Source: Candidatus Poribacteria bacterium (GTDB lineage Bacteria; Poribacteria; WGA-4E; WGA-3G). Taken from it: 64,000 bases of DNA. The stretch spans positions 2,368,001 through 2,432,000 of the forward strand of contig OZ240248.1 in the NCBI GenBank assembly GCA_965198235.1, given 5' to 3'. The notes beneath the pieces are model-generated. The model made no database searches and was not told where the DNA came from. It saw only the letters and a list, made by a program, of their open reading frames with translations. Shown here one piece after another: positions 51,196-61,685 of this stretch (its first letter is position 1; the number at the start of each line of letters is the position of its first letter). Made by a program: the position numbers and the translations under genes.

Positions 51196-51674
51196 GACGT
51201 TACGTCATCTGAAATTGTTGTTAGATTCACTTCGACACAAAAGCACGTCACTACACTACGTGTAAATGTTCCACGCTCAAGTGGCATGCACCCGTTCCTT
51301 TTCACCTTCCATTAGTTGTAAATTCTGTCCATAATTGCTCAATCTAATTGCTCGATACTACAATTTCGCGTCGCTCTACTACAAATTTTGCGCACTCGCG
51401 ATAGATAGAGTTCGCAAACGAACGCCTGTTACTATAACTTTTTAGAGAAAAGAGAAGGCATTCGCTAATCTCGATAAACCCAGTGTAAGTCTGTATTTTA
51501 AACAGATTACAATTAAAAATATATTTGGAATTTCAACGGTTTTGAGAAAAAATATAACGCTCTCTTGAAGGCAGTGGCACGAAACTTGCTTATAACTTAA
51601 TGTGATCCGGTTTTGTAGTAAAATCACAAAATATATACAAATACTAAAAGTATCAATCACTTAGGAGAAGAACA

Positions 51675-52598
51675 GTGTTTCATAGAAACGTGTCACAAAA
51701 AAGAATTGCTGTCGGTACTGGGTTGGTTACACTTGGCAATGTCTGGAAAATGATAAAAATCATCTCAATTCCTTGCATAGTGTTCGCATTGCTCACTGGC
51801 TGCAGAACGCCTAACCCTAATACTAACGATGAAGCGAACATGGTTCTGATTCCCGCGGGCAAATTTAAGATGGGAAACAATGAAACTGTTGAATATGGTC
51901 CCTACGGTCCTCAGGAAGACGAATCCCCGGTGCATACCGTCTACGTAGACGCGTTCTATATGGACACATACGAAGTAACAAATGTGGACTATAAAAAATT
52001 CATTGATGCGAATCCGGAATGGCAAAAGGGAAATGTAGAATTCCAGAGTGGTGAACCATATCTGCCCGATTGGGAAGGGAACAACTATCCGCCCCGGAAA
52101 GACAATCATCCCGTTCGCGTGAATTGGTATGCAGCAATGGCTTATGCAAAATGGGTTGGTAAGAGACTGCCGACAGAAGCGGAATGGGAGAAGGCTGCGC
52201 GCGGTGGATTGAAAAATAAACGCTACCCGTGGGGTGATTCAATTACGACCAATCTGGCAAATTACGAGGTAAATCCCTCCACAGTATCTGTTGGATCTTA
52301 TCCTCCAAATGACTATGGTTTGTACGATATGGCGGGTAACGTGGAGGAGTGGTGTCTTGATGAATATCAAGTCGATTTTTATAAAGATTCACCTAAGCGG
52401 AATCCGATTGCCGGTGCGGATAGCATTACGGATATCGTAAAAAACTATAAAGATGTAAAAAGTCCTCGTGTATTGCGTGGTGGCGGATGGATCTTTGGAC
52501 CTGATCATGTGAGGGTTTCCAGGCGGACGAGACTGTCTCCGGGAGGCAGCAGCCACACCACCACGGGTTTTCGTTGTGTGGAGCCGGTAAAGCCATAA
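51675..52598 (+). CDS. FGE-sulfatase (SUMF1/C-type lectin fold) lipoprotein
   Basis: Lipobox LTGC, 'EVTN', 'RLPTEAEWEKAARGG', 'DMAGNV.EW', 'RGGGW', 'GFRC'. Confidence 0.9.
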   Translation: MFHRNVSQKRIAVGTGLVTLGNVWKMIKIISIPCIVFALLTGCRTPNPNTNDEANMVLIPAGKFKMGNNETVEYGPYGPQEDESPVHTVYVDAFYMDTYEVTNVDYKKFIDANPEWQKGNVEFQSGEPYLPDWEGNNYPPRKDNHPVRVNWYAAMAYAKWVGKRLPTEAEWEKAARGGLKNKRYPWGDSITTNLANYEVNPSTVSVGSYPPNDYGLYDMAGNVEEWCLDEYQVDFYKDSPKRNPIAGADSITDIVKNYKDVKSPRVLRGGGWIFGPDHVRVSRRTRLSPGGSSHTTTGFRCVEPVKP

Positions 52599-52735
52599 TT
52601 CAGCACAATTTGGTCTTGGGTCCACTCCTAAAACTTGGAGCGAAGCATTCTGAGGTAGGGTAGAGGCAAATTTCACCTTTCAGTTTGGCACCTTCTGAAG
52701 ACGCTGACGCGGCTAATTTTCTCTTGCTATCAAAC

Positions 52736-52948
52736 TCAGAAAGTCTGCGTCAAGCGTACCATCGACAAACGTCCGATTTTTGGAGACCCGATAAATTGTT
52801 GGTGCCTACGGTTCAGAAGATTTTGGACCGTCAACGAAAGGCGCGGTCTGGGACCGATTGACAATTCGTAACCTGCGTTTAAGTCGATTGTGTAATACGA
52901 TTCAAGATCGCCGACGTAAACCCCGGATCTCACAGGGAAGCCAGCCAC
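52736..52948 (-). pseudogene. C-terminal relic of a TonB-dependent receptor
   Basis: 'YTIDLNAGY...LTVQNLLN...GR....LTQTF' with terminal Phe; the rest of the gene is absent. Confidence 0.7.
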
Positions 52949-53005
52949 AAAAAATGCTTCTGCTTAACATTTGCAGAGGTTTCCCCGAATTCATTCGGGG
53001 GTCTA

Positions 53006-53956
53006 TCACAGGAAACGTTCAATATCGGAAGGGGTCGGTAGTGCCGGAATTACGCCGACCTTTTGAGTCGCCAACGCTCCTGCTGCATTCGCATATCGCA
53101 TAATAGTGTCGAGTCGGTCCTTTTCAAGCGATGTAAGGTCTGCATGCTGCATGAGTTGGGTAAGCATCGCAGCGACGAATGCATCCCCTGCACCGAGTGT
53201 GTCCACGACATCAACCTCAAAGCCATCAATGTAGCCTTCAGCGATACCGTTCGTGTAATAGCACCCGCGTTCGCCTAATGTGACAACGAGCAGTTTCGCA
53301 CCGAGTCCAAGAATGCGGTCGACTCCATTTGCCAATTCGATGTCGTCCGTGATAAATTCCCACTCCTCTTCCGAAATTTTGACGATATCTGCGTAAGGCA
53401 TCACCTCCCAGATCCAGTGCTTGGCATCGTTGGCGTTATCCCAGAGCATCAACCGCAAATTCGGGTCGTAGGAGAGCCTCGCACCACCCGTTTTTGCAGA
53501 CTGGATTGCGTGAAGTGTTGCTTCTCGACTCGGCGAGTGACTGAGACTGACGGAGCCGTAGTGGAACAGTTCTGCTGATTTGAGATAGTCAGTGTCGATT
53601 TCGTCAGGGGAGAGTTGGATGTCGGCACCCGGGTGTCGATAGAAGGTGATGTCCTTCATACCGTCAGAGCGCGTGGCGACGAAGGCTAAGGTCGTACGGG
53701 ACCCTTCACCTGCGATGAGGTAGTCGGTATTGACACTGTTCTGTTGGAGCGTCTCGCGAAGGAAATCGCCAAACGCATCTGCGCCGACTTTACCGATAAA
53801 CCCGGCATCCATACCGAGTTTCGCTAAGCCGACAGCAACGTTGGCAGGGGCACCCCCTGGGGCTTTGACAAATCCTGGGGCTTCGGCGAGTGTCACATCA
53901 GGTGTTGTAGAGACAAAGTCGATAAGGAGTTCACCGATACATAAAGCTTTTGGCAT
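53006..53956 (-). CDS. PfkB family kinase (fructokinase-like)
   Basis: 'GGAPANVA', 'YDPNLR..LW', 'DTLGAGDAF'. Confidence 0.92.
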   Translation of the reverse strand: MPKALCIGELLIDFVSTTPDVTLAEAPGFVKAPGGAPANVAVGLAKLGMDAGFIGKVGADAFGDFLRETLQQNSVNTDYLIAGEGSRTTLAFVATRSDGMKDITFYRHPGADIQLSPDEIDTDYLKSAELFHYGSVSLSHSPSREATLHAIQSAKTGGARLSYDPNLRLMLWDNANDAKHWIWEVMPYADIVKISEEEWEFITDDIELANGVDRILGLGAKLLVVTLGERGCYYTNGIAEGYIDGFEVDVVDTLGAGDAFVAAMLTQLMQHADLTSLEKDRLDTIMRYANAAGALATQKVGVIPALPTPSDIERFL

Positions 53957-53979
53957 AGATTGTAATTCCTCGGCGAGTT

Positions 53980-54300
53980 TCAGCACTCAATGTAGACAAT
54001 TTGGTGAGATTGAATATTTCTTAGGACTTCGTGTAACTGAGGCATCAAAGGCAGTAGCAACTCTAATCGATTTCGAGGTGCGATAAGCACGACGACTGCA
54101 ATGTCAAAGCGTCTGAGGTTTTGTTGCGATTCAATGTTCTGATCGGCAGTCAGCCAAACTTCAAATTCATGTTCCGCTCTACTAAGCAATTCGCCGTTTT
54201 TCATGCCAGCCCAGCCTTTTTCTTGCACCGTGAGAGCGGTATGTTCAAAGAGTTCCCGCTTCAGTTTTTTGGGCAGGCATTCGTCAATGAGAATTCGCAT
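53980..54300 (-). CDS. DUF5615 PIN-like toxin
   Basis: 'MRILIDECLP', 'NGELL', 'LTAD.N...QQN'; coupled to a DUF433 gene. Confidence 0.85.
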   Translation of the reverse strand: MRILIDECLPKKLKRELFEHTALTVQEKGWAGMKNGELLSRAEHEFEVWLTADQNIESQQNLRRFDIAVVVLIAPRNRLELLLPLMPQLHEVLRNIQSHQIVYIEC

Positions 54301-54535
54301 AGGCGTGTGTTAGAAGCATCTCTTTCGCGAGTTCCAATGCCTTGACAGCTTGATCGCGACTGACAGACGGAAAATCCTCCAAAAATTCATCGAGTGTCTC
54401 TCCACCCTCCAAATAGTCAATGAGGTTTTTTATGGGGACGCGGGTGTTCTTGAAGACCGGTGTTCCGCTCATGACCTCGTTGTCACAAGTGATGAGTCCT
54501 TCAACTGCCTGCGTTGTCCTTTCATCAAATTTCAT
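54284..54535 (-). CDS. DUF433 antitoxin
   Basis: 'SGTPVFKNTRVP...DYLEGGETLDEFLEDFPSV'. Confidence 0.88.
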   Translation of the reverse strand: MKFDERTTQAVEGLITCDNEVMSGTPVFKNTRVPIKNLIDYLEGGETLDEFLEDFPSVSRDQAVKALELAKEMLLTHAYANSH

Positions 54536-54659
54536 GGGCAATTCTCCGTTTTCATACAATCTCTGTATTTTAAGAATACCGTAAAGTTCTGTAGATGTCA
54601 AGTCTTAGGTACGCTCGGGAAGCGTGCCTAAAAAGAGAGCTAAAAACAGACAAGTAAAA

Positions 54660-55742
54660 TTAAAATGTAGTGCGTAGATCTTGCGCCTGTTCTGTCTGCG
54701 CAGATCGATATCCCGCATCAAAAATTTCTATGACATGCCGTGCATGTTCCGCTGTGACTATCGTCGGTTTATCCTCGCGAATCCAATCCACCAACTGCAT
54801 AATGTCCTCATAGACGTGCGATTCCTGAATGCTACGATGCGGTCCTACAACATGTGGGAGTTCCCCGTCCGGTGCGTCAATGGGTTTACCATTCAGCAAA
54901 TTGCCTTCAATCGTGCCACCGGTGCCGTGGATTGCCAGCCGACCTCTGACGACAGAACCTGCGGCGGCACCGTAGACAAAGCCGTAGAATGCCTCACCGA
55001 AGTCAAGGAGAATAAAGGTGTTATCGTCCATATCGCAAGGGAGCATCTCGCCTCGGAATTCCCGTTCCTTGAGGCGAACACCGGAGAATGCGGTTACACG
55101 TTTCGCAGGTCCGAGGATGCCGGTCAGCGTATGCAAGCCGTAAACAGTCATGTCGTAGAGCGGTCCGCCGCCCGGCTTGCGGAAATACCATGCCGGATTA
55201 ATATTAGAGAGCGGATCGTCACCCTGCCTAACAGATTCGTTTTCGTGGTATCTTCCAAAAGCGGAACCAGCGGCTGCCCAGGTCAACGTTCCGATGGCAC
55301 CGTCGGCAATAAGACTGCGAATCTCTTGATGGATCGGACGGAGCATCTCCCCAGGGGAAGCCACTAATTTTACACCTTTACGCGCCGCCGATTCAATGAG
55401 ATCGTCCGCTTCATCGACGGTAGTTGTCATTGTTTTGTTGAAGTGGGCGTGGAGACCGTGTTCAATGGCGAGTTTTCCCTGCTCATAATGCAAACCGATA
55501 GGCGATGCGATGCTGACTGCATCTACATGTCCGTCTGCTAAGAGTGCCTCGTAGGTTTCATACGCATACGGGACGTTGAATTTCTCAGATGCCGCTTGTG
55601 CTCTACCGGGAACAGGGTCACAAACAGCCGTTACCTGTAATCTATCTTGGACATCGTCCTGGGTGAGATGGGGAAGGATGCCGCGCACGGAGATGCTCCC
55701 GACACCGACGACACCGATCCTTACTCTATCATTGGTTGACAT
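54660..55742 (-). CDS. Gfo/Idh/MocA oxidoreductase
   Basis: GVGSI Rossmann motif, 'GGGPLYD...Y'. Confidence 0.88.
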   Translation of the reverse strand: MSTNDRVRIGVVGVGSISVRGILPHLTQDDVQDRLQVTAVCDPVPGRAQAASEKFNVPYAYETYEALLADGHVDAVSIASPIGLHYEQGKLAIEHGLHAHFNKTMTTTVDEADDLIESAARKGVKLVASPGEMLRPIHQEIRSLIADGAIGTLTWAAAGSAFGRYHENESVRQGDDPLSNINPAWYFRKPGGGPLYDMTVYGLHTLTGILGPAKRVTAFSGVRLKEREFRGEMLPCDMDDNTFILLDFGEAFYGFVYGAAAGSVVRGRLAIHGTGGTIEGNLLNGKPIDAPDGELPHVVGPHRSIQESHVYEDIMQLVDWIREDKPTIVTAEHARHVIEIFDAGYRSAQTEQAQDLRTTF

Positions 55743-55829
55743 GATATTCCTCCAGAGGCAAAGAAGTTATATTATTGCTTTGTCCATCTAAATTTTGTGG
55801 CTTGCGGGTCGCTCCTACAAGAAGACGCA

Positions 55830-56717
55830 CTATTGCCGCCATGATGTTTCGTGTTGCCATCCAACAGCATTTTTAAGTTTATCGCAATTAATAAACGATT
55901 GATGTCCCTTAAGCGATCTCACCTTCAGAAGAAATTCAGGTTTAAAACGCTCCACCAGTTCTTGGGAAGGTTCCAACGCTGAAGTATCATCTGCGTTGAG
56001 AAAATAGACATCGTGTGGAGGCAGTATGTCTGCCCTTTCCATAATCAGGCGGTGTGCGCTGGCGACATCTTCGCTGCCCACCCAACACCAGAGCCACGGT
56101 GTCCAAGCGGTTGTCGGTTTAGCACCTTCTGCCATCTGCTTTCTCCGTTCTTCTGGACTGATACCGGCGGGACGTGTAACATAGGTTCGGATACCATACG
56201 CGCGGGTATAACTCGCCAAGAGGTCTTCGCCGCAGCGTTTAGAGAAGCTATAGGAATCTTCAGGATAACACGGGTGTTCTTCATCAATCGGTAGGTAGTC
56301 TATCGGAATGTGGGTTTTGCTAATTCGGAAGCCGTGTCCTAATGCGCAATTACTGCCAGACATCACGACTGCTTGGACATCTGCTTCAATCGCGGCTTGC
56401 ATGAGGTAGTAGGTACCGAGCATGTTCGTTTTGAAGGTTGCGTCAAAGTGGATGCCTCTTTCCTCAGCACCTTCCCGTAAATCCGGATGATCGACGGGAC
56501 CCGGTTGTGCGCCGAGGTGCTGGATAGCGTCAACACCCTCAACAGCGCGCTGACAGTCTTCAAAGTTGTTCAGGTCGCCCTGAATAAAAGGCAGGTGCGA
56601 GAATTCATCGGGCGGCGTTCTGCGCGACATTAGGACGAGCGAGTGTTCCGCCGCCAATTCTCGGATTACATACGCGCCGAGTTTACCGCTCGCGCCAGTT
56701 ATCAATACTTTCATCAA
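55830..56717 (-). CDS. NAD-dependent epimerase/dehydratase
   Basis: 'ITGASGKLG', YxxxK 'YSFSK'. Confidence 0.88.
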   Translation of the reverse strand: MMKVLITGASGKLGAYVIRELAAEHSLVLMSRRTPPDEFSHLPFIQGDLNNFEDCQRAVEGVDAIQHLGAQPGPVDHPDLREGAEERGIHFDATFKTNMLGTYYLMQAAIEADVQAVVMSGSNCALGHGFRISKTHIPIDYLPIDEEHPCYPEDSYSFSKRCGEDLLASYTRAYGIRTYVTRPAGISPEERRKQMAEGAKPTTAWTPWLWCWVGSEDVASAHRLIMERADILPPHDVYFLNADDTSALEPSQELVERFKPEFLLKVRSLKGHQSFINCDKLKNAVGWQHETSWRQ

Positions 56718-56860
56718 AAAACCCTTTCGTAAATTGAGTTGACAGGCGGGGGTGTATCCTCTATTATGTCTTAGAACTTATGTGGAAGCACAGTTGCCAA
56801 CATTATAGCAGTGCTGAAAATTTTGTCAAGTGAACCGCATCCATAAAGGAGAGAATCGTA

Positions 56861-57889
56861 ATGTATAACGCCGCAACGCATTTTAAAACCTTATACGATA
56901 CCGTTCCGAGAGAGTTTGAATTTCGGGCGACCACACGGGAAGATTTGTTGGCATGGCAAGCGAATTTTCGTCCGAAGTTGCGAGAGATCCTCGGTTTGGA
57001 CAACATGGAATCCGATCTGAAAGGGTACGTCCCGAAAGCAGAACAACTCGAAGTCTTAGATATGGATAATCATTTCCGAGAGAGTTGGTATTTATGGGTA
57101 GAGCCGACGGTGCCATTACCGTTTTACCTACTTCGTCCAAAAAACATTGAGGGCAAAGTGCCGCTGATCCTCGCACCGCACGGGCACAACCATCCGCATC
57201 TCTATGCTGGCATTGCACATACGGAGGCAGAGGAAGAACATATGCTGGAAGGTGAGCGCGACATCGCACGGCAGGCTGCTGTCGAGGAAGGCTACATCGC
57301 GATTGCACCGACAACACGAGCGTTCGGAGAGACCCGAACCGACGCAGATAAACAGGACAATAATACGCACTCCTGCCGACACCAATTGGTTCATAGTATA
57401 CTCGTTGGACGTACCCCAATTGGTGAACGGGTGTGGGATATGTCACGACTCATTGATTGGGCGATAGAGGACTTACCGATAGATGCCGAACGCATCGCGA
57501 TTACCGGTAATTCTGGTGGTGGAACCGTCTCACTTTTCGCCGCGGCATGTGAAACCCGCATTGCAGTTGCCGTGCCGAGTTGTTATTTCTGTACGTTTGA
57601 AGGGAGCATCGGCATGATCCGGCATTGCGAATGCAACTATGTGCCAGGAGTTATGCGGCTTGGGGAGATGTACGATGTCGCAGGCTTAATCGCACCACGT
57701 CCGTTTTGCGCGATTGCAGGACGAGATGACGGTATTTTTCCGATAGACCATGTTGAGCTGGCTTATGAACGCTTGAAAACTATCTACACGGTTGCCGGCG
57801 TTGCGGACAGGTGTGAACTCTTTATCGGGCAGGGTGGACACCGCTATTACAAAGCGGGCGCGTGGCCCTTTGTGCGGCGGTATTTTTAG
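56861..57889 (+). CDS. Alpha/beta hydrolase (dienelactone hydrolase/acetyl esterase-like)
   Basis: GNSGGG nucleophile elbow, 'LIAPRP', 'GGHRY'. Confidence 0.85.
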   Translation: MYNAATHFKTLYDTVPREFEFRATTREDLLAWQANFRPKLREILGLDNMESDLKGYVPKAEQLEVLDMDNHFRESWYLWVEPTVPLPFYLLRPKNIEGKVPLILAPHGHNHPHLYAGIAHTEAEEEHMLEGERDIARQAAVEEGYIAIAPTTRAFGETRTDADKQDNNTHSCRHQLVHSILVGRTPIGERVWDMSRLIDWAIEDLPIDAERIAITGNSGGGTVSLFAAACETRIAVAVPSCYFCTFEGSIGMIRHCECNYVPGVMRLGEMYDVAGLIAPRPFCAIAGRDDGIFPIDHVELAYERLKTIYTVAGVADRCELFIGQGGHRYYKAGAWPFVRRYF

Positions 57890-57891
57890 AA

Positions 57892-59388
57892 TTAGCGCGA
57901 ACCCTTTATAATTGCCCATAACGTCTTCAAGATGATTTTGATATCCAAGGCGAGAGACCAATTTTCGATGTAATATCGGTCATAAGAGATCCGCTCTTCA
58001 AGGGAGGTATTGCCCCGCAAGCCGTTGACTTGTGCCCATCCGGTCATACCAGATTTAACGCGCTGCCGAGCAAGATAGTGCGGAATCGATTCGCTGAACG
58101 TATCGATTAATCCAGACATCTCTGGACGGGGACCGATGAGGCTCATATCGCCCTTGAGAACGTTGAAGAATTGCGGCAGTTCGTCTAAACTCCAGCGTCT
58201 CAGGAATTTTCCAAGTGGGGTTTGCCGCGGGTCATCGCTTTTTGCCCATACATGTCCAACTTTTTCCTCAGCATCGGCGCGCATGGAACGGAATTTGTAA
58301 ATCTTGAACCGCTTTCCACCTCTACCGACCCGTTCCTGACGGAAAATCGCTCTGCCGGGTGAGGTCAAGCGTATAGCGATCGCGATTGTTAACATGAGCG
58401 GGCTTAGCACTATCAACGCGGATACGCTAAGGACAATGTCTATAAGACGCTTGACGATGCCGCGTCCGCCCTGCATCGGTGTCTCCCTTAATTGGAGTGC
58501 CGGTATACCATCAAAAAAGGTAATAGTGTCCCTGCTGTCTCTGATAAATTCGGAGAGTTCGGGCAGGACATTGATTTGGACTGGCACCCCTTCGCACGCG
58601 TGGAGAATCTGCAGGATAGTGTCATTCGGCACCGTCGGTGATACGATGAAAAGCGTATCAAGTCGATGTTTTCGCACCAATTCAAGTACATCTTGACTTT
58701 TCCCAAGGGACTGCAATTGGCGTTCGGCGTTCGGCGTTCGGCGTTCGGTTAAGAGGTTGTGGGAGGGGTTTGTAACCCCGATTTCCCTCTGGCTGACTGC
58801 TGATGGCTGACTGCTGATGGCTGTTTCATCGATTATCCCTACTACTTCGTAACCACTATCCGCTTTAGCATTCAGGACGTTGATGAATTGTTCGACGCGG
58901 GTGTCGTAGTTTCCGACGATTGCCAGTCGCTGGACGCCGACCCCTTGGGCGTGAATTGATTGTCGGAAACGATGAAGGACCAATCGACCCAAGAACAACC
59001 CTACGAGACTGAAACCGGTAGCTAAGAGCATAACCCAGCGCGAGTAGGCATCGTGATGATAGATGAAAAAGAGTGTGGCTAACGTGGCGATAAGCGAGAT
59101 ACCAGCGGCTTTGCAGAGTGTCCAGAACGCTGAAAACGTCGCATTGCTTTCTGGTCGATAGAGCTTCAAAACTTTCAACGTCATTAACCAGATAATCACC
59201 ATCAGCGGGATGAGCCGAAAATAGTCGTCAAGGGGCGGGGGACCCCCTTTGTGCAGGGCGAGGGCTTCAGGTGTCCAACCCGATTCAAATCGGACCCAGT
59301 ATGCTACGACAATTGCGGTGGCGACGAAACAGAGATCTAATAGAACTGTAATCGCGATGAGCAAATGATCGAGCGTTTTGTTGTTCAT
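57892..59388 (-). CDS. Undecaprenyl-phosphate sugar phosphotransferase (WcaJ-like)
   Basis: 'KRLIDI', 'YKFRSM', 'LDELPQ..NVLKGDMSLIGPRPE', 'GMTGWAQV'. Confidence 0.93.
   Translation of the reverse strand: MNNKTLDHLLIAITVLLDLCFVATAIVVAYWVRFESGWTPEALALHKGGPPPLDDYFRLIPLMVIIWLMTLKVLKLYRPESNATFSAFWTLCKAAGISLIATLATLFFIYHHDAYSRWVMLLATGFSLVGLFLGRLVLHRFRQSIHAQGVGVQRLAIVGNYDTRVEQFINVLNAKADSGYEVVGIIDETAISSQPSAVSQREIGVTNPSHNLLTERRTPNAERQLQSLGKSQDVLELVRKHRLDTLFIVSPTVPNDTILQILHACEGVPVQINVLPELSEFIRDSRDTITFFDGIPALQLRETPMQGGRGIVKRLIDIVLSVSALIVLSPLMLTIAIAIRLTSPGRAIFRQERVGRGGKRFKIYKFRSMRADAEEKVGHVWAKSDDPRQTPLGKFLRRWSLDELPQFFNVLKGDMSLIGPRPEMSGLIDTFSESIPHYLARQRVKSGMTGWAQVNGLRGNTSLEERISYDRYYIENWSLALDIKIILKTLWAIIKGSR
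58719..58823. repeat. In-frame repeat insertion in the WcaJ-like gene
   Basis: (GGCGTTC)x4, then GTGGGAGGGGTTTGTAACCCCGA (compare intergenic 1029-1051), then GCTGACT/GCTGATG heptamers. Confidence 0.8.
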
Positions 59389-59429
59389 TACCTAATTTCG
59401 TAGAGTATCTTTGAGATATCCGTTTATTT

Positions 59430-60386
59430 TTATAATTCACTGTCGTTAGCGCCCTCAAAAAGAGTTCCTTGTCTGTCGTCTTTTTCGTCATTTGTAGGAC
59501 GATATTTCCCCATATTCTTGCCTTGCATCCTACGTTCCTGCGCGGTTGTCTCCACATTATGCAACGCGAGCTCCTCGTGGATTTTCGGCATTTCATTGGG
59601 AGCATTCTCCAATCTGTCACACGCCATTTTTATATATGCCTCGCTTCTGTCAATACCTATATATTTATGTCCTAAAAGTTTTGCTGCAACAACAGTCGTG
59701 CCACTGCCAACGTAAGGATCTAGCACAACGCCTTGTGTCTCTGTACCCAAGATGGATATAATCACACGGGCTGGCAACCAGAGTGGAAAGGGGGCAGGAT
59801 GCGGATTTTTTCTACCATCTTCAGGCACACCACGCCATATAGATGTCAACTTCGCATCACTGGATTTCAATTCTTTGCCGATTAAGTAATTCCCTATAGG
59901 TTTATACAACCAATAAACGCGCTCCTCTACTTGCCAAAATCGCCAGCCTCGTATATTTGCGGCAATGACTCTGTCCCAGATGATTTCCTGCTTCACTGTC
60001 CACTCTGTTTTACGCAACCAGTCGATAGGATGGTACATGTTGCCTCTATCCCATCGGAGTTTATGATTGTAGAAAAACGAACCCCCTGGCGCGGTTACGC
60101 GGTAAATCTCATTTAGCACATTGCCTTGGTGCTGCTGATACTCCGGTTCAGGCACAGCATCTTTGTAGACATCATAGACCACATTTTTTACGAGCCACCC
60201 TTTCTGTTTTTCTTGCTTGTTATAGGGGGGTGACGTAATGCCCACATTGACGACATCATCATCTATTTTCTTCAGAACATTGAGCGTATCGCCTTCAATG
60301 AGCTTGCCTTCGCCGAGTGTGTCCGTTGTAATTTGTTTACTTTCCAGTGAGTTGTCTTTAAGAAGATGTTGTTTAGTAATACTCAT
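59430..60386 (-). CDS. Orphan N4-C/N6-A DNA methyltransferase (beta-class motif order)
   Basis: TSPPY, then 'HPAPFP', then 'DPYVGSGTT'; no adjacent endonuclease. Confidence 0.88.
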   Translation of the reverse strand: MSITKQHLLKDNSLESKQITTDTLGEGKLIEGDTLNVLKKIDDDVVNVGITSPPYNKQEKQKGWLVKNVVYDVYKDAVPEPEYQQHQGNVLNEIYRVTAPGGSFFYNHKLRWDRGNMYHPIDWLRKTEWTVKQEIIWDRVIAANIRGWRFWQVEERVYWLYKPIGNYLIGKELKSSDAKLTSIWRGVPEDGRKNPHPAPFPLWLPARVIISILGTETQGVVLDPYVGSGTTVVAAKLLGHKYIGIDRSEAYIKMACDRLENAPNEMPKIHEELALHNVETTAQERRMQGKNMGKYRPTNDEKDDRQGTLFEGANDSEL

Positions 60387-60593
60387 TGTGGTATCTTCCC
60401 CAAATCGTTAGACAATCACTTTTTATGGTATCCTAACACATTTAGCATAAGTTTTTCAAGTAAAAAGATTTGCTGCACATTCCCAAGAAACTTTACTGAT
60501 AAATTGCGCACAATGTGCTATGCTATCATTATAGACTTCGTAGAGCAAGTTTTGAAAATCGAAAAATTATGCTGAAAACGGAGGAGATACAGA

Positions 60594-61685
60594 ATGGCGA
60601 ATCAACTGAAAGTGGGGATTGTAGGGGCACATCGCGGGAGTTCCTATGCCGCACCATTTAAAGCGATAGCGGAAACCGATATGACGGCGGTTTGTGATGT
60701 CAATGAAACGACACTCCAAAGCGTTGCAGAACGGTTTGATATTCCCCAACAGTTTACAGATTATCAAGCAATGCTGGATGCTGTCGATCTTGTCGTCCTC
60801 GCTACACCTGAAAACCTGCACGTGCCACAGGCAATCGAAGCATTAGAAGCGGGGAAACATGTTATCAGTGAGGTGACCGCTGCTGTCAAGTTGGAAGAGT
60901 GTTACGACTTAGTTCGGGCGGTTCGGAAGGCATCTGCCAAATACACGATGGCTGAAAATACGTGTTACTCCAAACCAAATGTGCTAATCCGCAGCATGGT
61001 AGAAGCGGGCATGTTCGGCGATGTCTATTTCGGAGAGGGGGAATACCTCCACAACATCAAGTCGCTCCATCATGATGAAAGTGGCAATCCGACGTGGCGT
61101 TACTACTGGCAGGTAGGCATTAATCGGTGCAACTATGCGACACATAGCCTCGGTCCGGTGCTCCAGTGGTTTGGTGGGCGCGTTGCGAGTGTCTGCTGTC
61201 TCGGTACTGGCGTTAATACCGATCCCGAGCATGCGATGGAAGATACAGTAATGATGTTGTGTAAAACAGATTCTGGTGGGTTAATCAAGATCCGAATTGA
61301 CATGCTCTCAAATCGCCCTGCGAATTCGTATTTCAGTTTGCAAGGCACAAAAGGGTGTTATGAGAGTTCACGTGGGCTCGGTGCTGCACCGAAGATTTGG
61401 TTGAGTGAGTTCGGAGTAAACGAACAGTGGAGACCGCTCTCCCAATTTGAAGACCTCCTGCCTGAACGGTGGAAAAACCCACCTGCTGAGGCAGAAAATG
61501 CTGGCGACCTCGGCGAGTATTTTAAAGTACGGGATTTTGTGGATAGCGTCCTCACTGATACACCGCCGCCGCTTGATGTCTATACGGCGATGGATTTCAC
61601 TGTGCCGGGCTTGGTTTCAGAGCAGTCAATCGCAAATGGTGGGACACCGATGGAAGTTCCAAATTTTCGGGAAATTGATTTTTAA
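60594..61685 (+). CDS. Gfo/Idh/MocA oxidoreductase
   Basis: 'GIVGA.RG', 'AGKHVISEV', 'YATHSLGP'. Confidence 0.88.
   Translation: MANQLKVGIVGAHRGSSYAAPFKAIAETDMTAVCDVNETTLQSVAERFDIPQQFTDYQAMLDAVDLVVLATPENLHVPQAIEALEAGKHVISEVTAAVKLEECYDLVRAVRKASAKYTMAENTCYSKPNVLIRSMVEAGMFGDVYFGEGEYLHNIKSLHHDESGNPTWRYYWQVGINRCNYATHSLGPVLQWFGGRVASVCCLGTGVNTDPEHAMEDTVMMLCKTDSGGLIKIRIDMLSNRPANSYFSLQGTKGCYESSRGLGAAPKIWLSEFGVNEQWRPLSQFEDLLPERWKNPPAEAENAGDLGEYFKVRDFVDSVLTDTPPPLDVYTAMDFTVPGLVSEQSIANGGTPMEVPNFREIDF

Noticed and set aside
51426-51568. Peptide LDKPSVSLYFKQI resembling sigma70 region 1.2
   Set aside because: Too short, no start codon, and the similarity is not distinguishable from chance.
52440-52598. 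FGE/C-type-lectin C-terminus as a DGR variable region
   Set aside because: No template-repeat copy and no reverse transcriptase are visible in the window.
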